From positions 76,694,001 to 76,758,000 of the forward strand of contig CM060732.1 in assembly GCA_030704615.1 (NCBI GenBank): DNA of 64,000 nt. Direction: 5' to 3'. Position numbers and translations under genes: made by a program. Below, piece after piece: positions 11,401 through 21,068 of this stretch. Source of the DNA: Takakia lepidozioides (lineage: Eukaryota > Plantae > Bryophyta). Under the pieces are notes generated by a model that saw only the letters and a list, made by a program, of their open reading frames with translations, made no database searches and was not told the origin of the DNA. The stretch's first letter is position 1. Each line of letters begins with the position of its first letter.

Positions 11401-14235
11401 TTCTATATTAAATGTTTGTAAACTGAGTCCTCAGTAACAAGATGTTTGATGTCTATCATTCCCGTCTCTCTTATCAGAAGAACTGTCATCTGAGGTGTGG
11501 ATGGTGAAGTTAAAGCATGTTTGAAAGACCATGTTGTCAATATTAGCCAGTACAATAATGAGTTTACAACGGAAGGAGTGATTTCATCCAATAGACCTAA
11601 AAGAGCAACAACTAAAAACTACAATACTGATTAAAGTACTGAAGTTTGATGTACATGTGAGATTGCAACTATGTGTGCTGCATAACTACATACTTTGTCT
11701 GTGCCTGATCAACCAGGTTGCTCAGTACTCCCCACTCATGTTGTTGATACAATGCATTGTCCTATGTCCGGAGGATAGCCCAAAGGAATTTACTCTGATG
11801 TAGTAATGTGTTAAGTTATTTTACCACTAGTGTGAAACTAGCTAGGAAATAGTTAGTTTTGATATATTGACATTTGGGATTGACCCAAGTGTCAATCCAG
11901 GGCCCTATATGTTTGGGCACCTGGCGTTGTGTATCTTCACGCAGATCGCGGTGGGCTCATCTTTCTCGAGTTGAGCCTCACCGCATCTAGCTATGGCGCC
12001 GTAGTGTGGATTCCCCATGGCGTGGGGTGCACTTGGTTCGACTTAATATATGAGTGATGTTTTCATATGCAAGTATGTGAGTTTGAGAGAGCTTGTGTGC
12101 TTGTATCATTCTTTCTTTATCACTCGAGAAAGATCAGCTCGAGTCTGTGAGTGTCAGGTTCGAGTTAGTGTGTTTTCAGATCATGAAAAGCGGTTCAGCC
12201 TAGAGTGTAGGGATTCGTGCATGAGCCTATCCAAAGCGGATAGAGTACAAAGGCAAACAGGTTGCAGGTTTGCAATGGATAGAGAGGCGGTCAGTGTTGC
12301 ATAGCTCAACACTATGACAACTGAGTATGCGGTTCTAGTGTGAAATGGAGGAGATGCTGGCCATGAGTGGACGAACTGGTGGTCGTCTTCTTCAGTTGCA
12401 GGCCGAATTAAGGAGCTGCAAGAAGGTGGAGCTGCGAGGGGATGCATCGCAACTTGTTGGGAGCTTCAGTTCCAAGCTCATGAAGAGGTATGAGTGAAGA
12501 GAGGGGGCTGGTCCCTCTGTGTGCAAATCAGTGCACTTATGAAGCATGTGCTTGAGTTGGAAGTTTCAATCTGAAACTCTAGCACTGTAAGGGCTCTTGG
12601 AGTGGCAAGAGTGGGGCTGGAAGGGCAGTAACGAGGCACCCTAGAGCCACGGGATATTCATGAGAAGTGCAGGTGCACCAAGTTTGTAAATGTGTGTATT
12701 TTCATATTCGTTTTTGTGAGCTTCATGAAGAAATAGAGCTTGTTGGGCAGCATATTGCTTGCTTGTTGAGTTTAGGGTACCTCTGGTGGGCCGTGAGAGC
12801 CCAAGAGAGCATGGCAGCAGGTCTGGTGGCTTCACAGCAGCCATACCTCGGCGGCAGCAGGTGCAGGAGCAAACCCCAGCTTGGGGAGAGCTCGAGAATG
12901 CGTGGGAACGCCCGGAAACGCCTCGAGAACGCATGGGAACTCGTGGGGAGTTCTAGGGATGCAGGGAACAAGGGCCGTGAGGGGCCGTGGGGGCGGTATC
13001 ATGAGATACCACGAGCCCAGGCCGTGACTGTTGACCGTGACCGTGGGAAGCCGTGGTGCGGACACCACGAGTGGGCACGGTGGCCAGATCGTGGGGATGG
13101 CGGGCCGTGAAGGCTCGTGGGCGTGGTACCACGGGGTATCACAGGGCAGCCCGTGGCCAACGAGCACCCGAGGGCGGGCCGTGAGGAGTCGTGGCGGTTG
13201 GAGCCACGGAAAGCCGCGAACAGCTGGAGTGAAAAAAAAAAAAATCGTCGTTTCGTGGGACCTTGATGGGGAGGTTGGGCTCTGAATAACAACGGTTTTG
13301 AGCTAGCTGATCCAGCAAAAAAGTCAGAATTGCCTCCCTGTTGCGTTTTAACAAAGGGGATTACTCCCCTGCAGGTAATGTTTTGGGTTTTCAGCCCAAT
13401 TCTTAACTATGGAGGAGACCAGCCTGCAGGTAATTCCTTTGGACAGAATGTTATTGGGGCCTATATGTACCTCTATTTGCTCCATTTTTTAACCTTCAGC
13501 GAATGGTGTGGTTTCCTGAGGTGGTTCCATTATGAGGAATGGCTGGTGGACGTAAGGAGGCACTGGGAGACCCTGTGGAGGCTTGCATGGGGCCTTGGAG
13601 GCCAAGTTTCATGAGCTCGTGGAGGGCGGTTTGAAGAATGTCTACATGATGCTCTCATGGTCATGCAAGTGAGAGAAGAGAGGAAAAAAGAGGGTGTTGG
13701 GATGAGAGCGTGTTGGGGATATTGTTTTAGTTTCTCTTCCTCGTAGCTTTCCACCTTCTCTGTAGGCCGAGACCTTTCCGTAGGTGGAGGCAAGAGTCAG
13801 TCCGGGTTTGGGCTGGGTTGCAGGAACGACATTGTGGAGTTGTTTTTTGTGTGGGGGAGTTGTTGTTTTCATTCTTGTGTTTGGATCCCCTCCACACCTG
13901 CATGCTTGATTGTGCGCCATGCTAGTTTTGTGTGGGCGCTTGATTTTATAGGTGGTTGATTTGGGCTTGCCGATCCAGCCCTAGAGCATGCTGTCAATGG
14001 TAAGGCTGGGTTGATGACCAGTCAGACCATCTTTGTTTCTCATGTGGTGAGGTTGGAGGTGATGATCAGTCAACCATGGGAGTGCCTGCGGTGGATGCAA
14101 GTGTAGGTACAGACTATGTTAGGAACCTAGTATTCCAAACCATAAGCCGCATCAGGTTCTCTACCCGGTTACCTTGTAGAGAGGGGGTTAGAGACAGGTT
14201 CATGACCGGTTGAGTGTCAGTTTCTCAACACGGAG

Positions 14236-15700
14236 GTGCCACTAGTTGCTGAGGAAAGTGTCGGTACAAGCACTAGCGATACTAGCGGGTATACGAGACA
14301 AGGTGTGCGGTTTAGGCCACCTTCACCTCCTGTGTCTTCTATGGAAGGTTTTGAGTCGGATTGTGAATCAGGAGGACTCACACTGGCGGTGCAAGTTGTT
14401 TCTTTGTCATTGTTGTGGGATACAATAGATGAGATGTATGGAGCTACCAAGGGGCCACGAAGGTACTCTGGGGCGGTGGGCACCATCGAGTTGGATGATT
14501 TCATTCAAGAGTTTGATAGTTGGTGTGACTTGCAGCAAATGCGCAATCCACAACTGTTTACGCCTTTCATGGCATGGAAGGGGCTGTTTCAGCACCTTGA
14601 GGGGCCGCCCATAGATGATTACCATGAGTTTAGGCGGGGGCACCATGTTGAGATTGAGGAGTGGAGGATGTACTGGTCACCCGACTATGTCTCCATCACT
14701 AGAGGGACAAGGGCAGTAGCCACACCGGCAGCTTCCATGAGCAGCAGTGGGACTAGTGGTACAAAAGTTACGACGTCCACCCAAGCTACTGCTGCACTAG
14801 CACAAGTGGCGGTGCCTGTCTTCAACCCTGTTGAGGAGTTCTTCGAAGAGTTGAGAAGGAACTACTTGCAAGGGGTGAGGACAGAGAAGTTGAGGAGCTT
14901 GCAAAAGTTCCAACGGAAGCCTACTGAGAGCTTGAGGGAGGTTTTCACTCGCATGAGGCGCTTGATAAATGTAACCCAAGGGGTTACGGAGGCTCAGGTA
15001 GTCCAATTCTGGTATGGGATATTGGACAAGGAGCTGAGGAGAAGGGTTCGGGATGCAAGTCTCCTATAAGCGGCCCAACCCACCTTAGCAAATGTGTTTT
15101 TGCTGGCAGAGCGGATAGAGCTCAACATGGTAGAGAAACGAGTGGTCATGGTGGGATTTGCCAAGGAGGCACCATGGGGTAGTGGTGCTCCTAGTCAGCC
15201 ACTACCTCAACGTGCTCAAGGCAACAAGGGGGCTCAGGTGAAGCCCAAGGAAGGGCTGAGAAGACCTCAGATGCAGGGGTCTCTCCATTCATTTGCAAGC
15301 CAACAACGGGCGGATGTGGTGTGCTGGACATGTGGAGGACCCCATATCAAGAAGGATTGCCCAGAGGGAGGCAATGGTTTGGCACCGGCATAACCTGCAC
15401 AGTTGCAGTGTGGGCATTGTAGTAAGTACGGGCATGGAGAGACCCAGTACTATGGTTTGCATCCTGAGTTGCGCCCAGGCCAGTTCCAAGGGAACAATGG
15501 TGGCCGGAGGCGAGGTGGAGCAGCCCAGAGAGGACGAGGTGCAGGCCAAGGACAAGCTCAACATGGCCAAGGACGCGGAGGTCAGGGTGTTGATCAAAGC
15601 ATGGCCAACCGGCTTCAGCAGCTAGAGCAAAGGCTCGCTGTCATGGCCACAGCTCAGGTGGTACCGGCTCCAAGGCCGGATGATCCACCTCCTGGGAGGA
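14236..15700 (+). pseudogene. Gag (capsid-like region plus zinc knuckles) of the LTR element
   Basis: One frame across ORFs 14236, 15094 and 15403, broken by TAA stops at 15067 and 15391; 'LRSLQKFQRKPTESLREVFTRMRRL...QFWYGILDKELRRRV' is retrotrans_gag-like; 'CWTCGGPHIKKDCP' and 'CGHCSKYGH' knuckles; Gly/Arg-rich tail. Confidence 0.8.
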
Positions 15701-15721
15701 GACATGGGAGGCATGGGATTT

Positions 15722-15910
15722 ATGTGCGGGGCAACACTATCACTAGTGAGGGGTGCCATTGCCACTACCACTATGTACGGGCCACCACTACCACTAGTGA
15801 GGGATGCCACTACCACTACCACTACCACTGTGGGTGAGGCACCACTACCACTAGTGTCGGGCAGCACTACCACTACCACTATGTGCGGGGCAGCACTACC
15901 ACTAGTGTAA
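15722..15910 (+). repeat. Tandem repeat of 51-57 bp (about 3.5 units) at the gag-pol junction
   Basis: Units ATGTGCGGGGC..CACTA(C/T)CACTAGTG..(ACTACC)n translate as MCGATLSLVRGAIATTT / MYGPPLPLVRDATTTTTTT / VGEAPLPLVSGSTTTTT / MCGAALPLV. Confidence 0.8.
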
Positions 15911-15973
15911 GTGGAGTCGGCTGCGGCAGTGACTCGAGGAGCAGCATGAGTTCCTGAGCCACGAGGTGCAGAG

Positions 15974-16861
15974 GTGGAGTTGGATCCACAGTGTGGGGAG
16001 GCAAGCCATCAGGCCATGCTTCCTCAGTCATTCACATTGGCGGAGACAGTGTCGATGCCGTCCATGGCACCTAGTTCTCGCCCGACTGTTACCGAGGATG
16101 AGGTTACTATGCCGTTGGGGAGAGCTATACGGGCAACACCACTACCTAGTATTACCAAGGTTACAGCAGCTAGTGTGCTGCCGGGGGCGGCTACATCTGT
16201 GTGCCAGGCTTCATTGTTCTCGGCTACCATGATTGCGACGCCGGGGGTAAGACCAGCTGAGGTATTCAGGCTAGCAGCTACACTCTGTGAGAGTGGGGAG
16301 GTTACTTCATTTTCTGCGGAGATAGTGGGAGGTGTAGTGCCGGAGGGGTCCTCGGATGTGAGGGTCAAGATCGCCACGGCGGCGCCATGGCAAGCTGCAG
16401 CTGCCAGGTTGATGGAGCTGCCAGCTAGGCCAGCCATTGAGCGCGCCATGGTGACACCTGAAGTTGTCATGTTAGACAACCAGGATGACATTTTCTGTTT
16501 GAGTGGACCGGCAGGCAAGAGGTACCGGCCACTGCGGGTCTTGTTGGACTCGGGAGCTCTGCCATTGATGTTGGGCAGAGCTGCTATTGCAGGCTTGGGC
16601 CTCATGGAGGCAGATATGGAGCCGTGCCCTTTCCAGATACAGACATCTCTGGGAGGATCAGAACAGGCTCAGGGCATAACACGGCGTGAACTGGCTATCA
16701 GACTACAGCCGGATCATCCTACAGATGGCTCAGTGATGACAGCCAAGGCCATTGTGACAGACGCGGTCTCGTACGATGTCCTTGTTGGTAGGGCAGTGTT
16801 GCACCCCATGGGCTTCACCCTGGATTTTTGGGATGAGTCAGCTTCCTATAGGCCTGGATAG
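15974..16861 (+). pseudogene. Retroviral-type aspartic protease region of pol
   Basis: 'RVLLDSGALPLMLG' (catalytic DSG at 16547) and downstream 'YDVLVGRAVL..MGFTLDFW' motif. Confidence 0.85.
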
Positions 16862-17232
16862 CAGTTAAGGGAGGGCCGGCGTATGCAGCTTCCTGTGACA
16901 TTCATAGGAGGAGTTGCGGTTGCCCAACAAGGCAAGATGCCGACACTGGCAGCATTCACAGCTACAGTGAGTTGGTCTGGAGAGTTGCTTGAGGGCAACA
17001 CTCATTCAGAGGATGTGTCACCTCAGGGAGATCTGGATGACATGTATGGTATGGCGGAGTTTCCTGCCATGGTTGCTCACACTCCATGGTAGGGCTCGAG
17101 CAAGGATTTGTTGATTGTCGTGTGCAACAAACCTGGGTAGAGGCTTTTGTACCGTCAGGAGAGGAGGAGAGTACGGGTATTGCACCAGGACCACCTCAAT
17201 TGTCACCATTGGATACCACACCTATTGTGTAG

Positions 17233-18200
17233 CAGTATCCGGATAAAGGCATTTGCCTTCTGGACTTGTTTGGCGGGATCAGCACCGGATTGGCTGCTGT
17301 TCTACAGGCATGTGTACGAGTTCGGCGTTACCTGTATGTGGAGAGGGATGAGACTGTACGACGCATCTTCCTACGCCATGTTGCTCAGTTGGTGCAATAG
17401 TACCCTGAGTTGTTGCCGGTGTCTGCAGTTCGTGGATATCAGCAGGCCTTGCCAGCACACATTTTGTTGCTGGGGATGCAAGATTTGGAGCGGGTTGGCT
17501 CCATTGATTTGGTAGTGGCAGGTTGGCACTGCCAAGGGTATTCATCAGCCGGGCATGGCAATGGATTGCGAGATTCGAGGTCGGGTCTGTTTTGGGAGAT
17601 GGTGCGGGTTTTGCGCCACTTACAACTTCATCAAGCTGTATCTCCAGCATACATCTTGGAGAATATGCCACTGATGGGCGATTCTCGGGCCAGGGTGATG
17701 GTCAGTGTGCATCAAGTCCGATTGTGGCTTGGGTCAGCAGTGTTGCTGGATGCAGTTGCAGTGGGGTCACGGGCTCATCGTCCACGGTTATAGTGGACTA
17801 ACTTGATGCCACCCGCACTGCTCAAGCGTACATTTGATGGGGTGCAGCGGCTAGCACACCTCACAGTGGATAGTATTTTGGACACATGGAGGCAGTTTCA
17901 GTGTGTGAGACACGATGACCGTTCGCCTTTGGCAGTGGTCAACAAGGTGGGTCAACCACGAGTAGCACTACCTACACTGCTCAGCTTCCCAGGATCGCAT
18001 GATTTCCGGGATAGTGGACCTCGCCTCCTGTGGGATGCTCAGCTGCAACAATTAGTGGAGCCTAATGTCGACGAGCTAGAGCGGGCTATGGGTTTTTTCA
18101 CTGGGACCACGGCGGTGCCTTTTTTTTCTAAGGCATCACGTCATCAGGTGTTGGGGAAAGCGATGGATCTCAATTGTTTGACCTGGATTATCAGCTTGGC
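17233..18200 (+). pseudogene. DNA (cytosine-5) methyltransferase domain, DNMT3-like, within retrotransposon pol
   Basis: Single reading frame: motif I LDLFGGI (17260-17280), II YLYVERD, IV IDLVVAGWHCQG (PC>HC, 17527-17532), GLRDSRSGLFWE, VI ILENM (17659), VIII AHRPRL*WTN, IX ELERAMGF (18073), X RHQVLGKAMD (18139); in-frame TAG at 17398 and 17791. Confidence 0.9.
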
Positions 18201-18420
18201 TATGGCTGAGCAACGTAGAGTGCGGAGTGCACTTCCCTTGACGGTCTTCTGCCTACCGAGACGGTATAGGCAGTGAGTGGGGGCAAACCGGTGAGGACCA
18301 CAGGGTGCAGACATCCGTGGCACATGCGAGAGGTGCTCGAGGTTCAGAGGGAGTTGGCAGCCAAGGTGGTAACCCAGGGACGCGTCTCCTACCTCTAAGT
18401 CTACTGGACTTGAGGTTGCA

Positions 18421-18620
18421 GTTACGGAGGACAATTGGAAGCCTGACATTGGACCCATTGTCACTGGTGGAGAGAGACGACGTATACGGCGGTTCTTGAG
18501 GGCTTACAGGAATTGTTTTGCCTCTTGTGCTACGGTGGAGGAGCATGAGAGACATGTTCAGGTTGTGCTTCGACCGGGTTTGGTCAATAGGGATGCGGAT
18601 GGATTGAGTCCCAATCCATG
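18421..18620 (+). pseudogene. RT N-terminal stub fused directly to RNase H C-terminal stub (internal deletion)
   Basis: 'WKPDIGP...RRIRRFLRAYRNCFA' (pre-RT) runs straight into 'HVQVVLRPGLVNRDADGLSPNP' (RNase H end, RPG..N..ADGLSR); no YxDD present. Confidence 0.7.
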
Positions 18621-18830
18621 CACGAGCCAGCAGGATGCCACTGGAGTTCGGTGGCATGGTGAGACGGACGAGGAGATGGTGCCGGGATGGCATGCATTTA
18701 CTTTTTTGTGTATATTGGCATCGGGAGGTCAGGTTGGACCTATAACAGGGATGACTGTAGACGGAGTGTCTGAGGACCCTGAGGCTAGTGATGAGCCAAG
18801 TATGTCAGAGATATACATGAGGATTCGGTT

Positions 18831-19374
18831 GTGTTGGATTACCTCCGCACTGGAGACACGACAACTAGTGTGACTGCCAATGAGAGGGATCGGATCCTAA
18901 AACGAGCCAAGAGGCCTAAGTGGGAGGATGGTCGAGTGAGGATTGTGCCTCACCCAACACAGCGTGCACAGTTAGTGCGGCATGCCCATGAGGAGTTGGG
19001 GCATTTTGGAGTGCGACGCACTCATAGTCTACTGCAGGGGCAGTATTGGTGGCGTGGTATGCACACAGAGGTGCAACAGTTTGTGGCTAGCTGCATGGTG
19101 TGTGACAGGGTGCATGCTTCATTCAACGCCCCTACACCACAGTTGCATCCTTTACCTATCATGGGATTGGGCTACATGTGGAGTCTTGACTTCGCAGGGC
19201 CGTTGCCACTGACGATGCGTCACCACATATATGTGTTGGTGATGGTGGAGCACTTCTCCAAGTGGATTGAATTGGTTCCATTGCCTGATAAGGCTAGTCA
19301 GGGGGCTGCGTATGCATTCCTGGATCGTGTGCTTAGACGATTCGGTGCTCTAGCTGAGGTACTCACGGATCAAG
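18831..19374 (+). pseudogene. Integrase (HHCC zinc-binding domain plus start of rve core), truncated
   Basis: 'AHEELGHFGVRRT...YWWRGM...VASCMVCDR', 'WSLDFAGPLP', 'VEHFSKWIE', 'RFGALAEVLTDQ', then an abrupt switch to AT-rich DNA. Confidence 0.92.
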
Positions 19375-19414
19375 TGCGATACTCTCCCCAATAAACCTTG
19401 AAAAAAAACCAGAC

Positions 19415-20180
19415 AGTTGGGTAGCTGCAGGCTACGGTGGACCAAAAACTGCGTAACATGGTAGTTTCTGCAGTGACCTCCATTCATGGTACCTTTGATA
19501 GTAAAATCACAACTCAATATTTCATACAAGTTTATACGATCTAAGATTTGTAACTACAGTAGAGACATACTCAATTTTTTTATTGTAAAAAAAATCATCT
19601 ATGAAAGAGTTATGGACTTTTAAATTGAATTTTATGGACCGCAGTGTTACACATGAAAAACCATATGGAACTAAAAAACATCATATACACCTAAGTAATA
19701 GCAAAAATGAAAACACTCTAGGGGTTCCATTTTTTTAAAGCTACCCAAATGCACTTTTATATGGATTAAAAACATCAAAAATGAGAGGTATGGACTAATT
19801 TATACTACTAGCCCAAACTGGGCCTATTTTCCCTAATGTACATCATCCTCATTTAGAGGCTTTTGGGATATCATCATTACTAGAAAGGTGTAAAAACCTA
19901 TAATCTAGAGGTGTCAAGTGATATATGGAAAAAATTCAAAAATCTCTAATTATTAGAAATAAAAAATGGTTTTTATCTTTCAGAATTAAATACTAAAATT
20001 TATAATAAAAATAATTCTACCCTATTCGGGTTGGGACTTTTCTAAAAGTGTTAAATATATCATATCTATCATTGAAAATTAAATATTTGGATAAATTCCC
20101 TCAATTTGAGGTATCTATATAGACTTTCATGAGAAAAAATCTACCTCTTGTGGTCCACCGTACCCTGCAACTGCCCAGCT
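19415..20180. mobile_element. AT-rich non-autonomous DNA transposon/MITE-like element with ~30-bp inverted repeats
   Basis: AGTTGGGTAGCTGCAGGCTACGGTGGACCA (19415-19444) vs reverse complement of 20151-20180 AGCTGGGCAGTTGCAGGGTACGGTGGACCA; non-coding AT-rich interior. Confidence 0.65.
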
Positions 20181-21068
20181 TGAGTGCGATATCTTGTCCA
20201 GTGGGATTCTTTTGTTCATTACTTGGTGTGAAAACGCTATGAAGCTCGTCCACGGGTTCCCGCAACTTCCCGCAACTGTTGATGACAAGGCATCTGTGAA
20301 ACGGCTGAAACAGTGGACAGACGTTGTTTTTGAGTGTTTTGTCCGGTCGCTTAGTTTGGAAGGGACCTAAGTTTGTGTCACATACCTTCACATAATTCAT
20401 ACTCGAGGCCATTGACACGGTAGTGAAAAATCGTTTGTCCCGCGACAAGTCCAATATGTACAGGGAGAGGTTGCAGTTGTTGCTTCAATCTCTACATACA
20501 AGAAGAGGTTAATTCGACTGTTTTGATGTCCCTCAGAAGCCTCTGTGTTACGCTTTGCACCTCCGCCGTCATAGCTCAGCTCGTCTGCTCTCTGCTCATG
20601 ACGATGATCCGCCTCATAAGTGGCTTTTCCACCCCCACTCCAAGTTCAAAATTCTCTCTGCTTGGATGGAGCAAGGGTCGAGGACGAGAACAACAGCAAG
20701 CCAGAAAGAGATTCCGAGACGGATAGCACAAGGTAGACGACGCGACAACGGTCTCTTTGCTTGCTTCTGTTCAAACGAGGCCGATCCTCCACAAACCGGC
20801 TGCTCAGGTTATTTCCCCTTATTTTAATGCAATTCCCAAGGCCCTTATCCTCGGTTTAAAATCTTTAAAAAAAGAAAAAGAAAAAAATATAGCAATATAA
20901 GGGAGTCCACATTGAACTTACTATCTTGTTATTATTACTTGGTTAGTGTTAAAACAATTTAGGTAATTTTGGCAGATTGATGGTTATTAGTTGTAATGTC
21001 TTTTTCCTTTGCTTTCAAAGAATCAGTTCTAGTTCTTAATTGTCAAAGTGGCTAGTTGTGCAATCAAC

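Larger units (their letters stand above)
11800..19374 (+). mobile_element. Decayed Ty3/Gypsy-type LTR retrotransposon carrying a C5 DNA methyltransferase (gag-CCHC-PR-DNMT-[RT/RH deleted]-INT); 3'-truncated, 5' boundary approximate
   Basis: Collinear + strand domains 14236-19374 in gypsy order (INT after RH); GC-richer non-coding leader upstream; no 3' LTR seen because integrase is cut at about 19374. Confidence 0.85.

Noticed and set aside
14190-14215. Possible LTR end/PBS at ...GAGACA GGTTCATGACCGG
   Set aside because: No second LTR for comparison and no convincing tRNA complement; boundary left approximate
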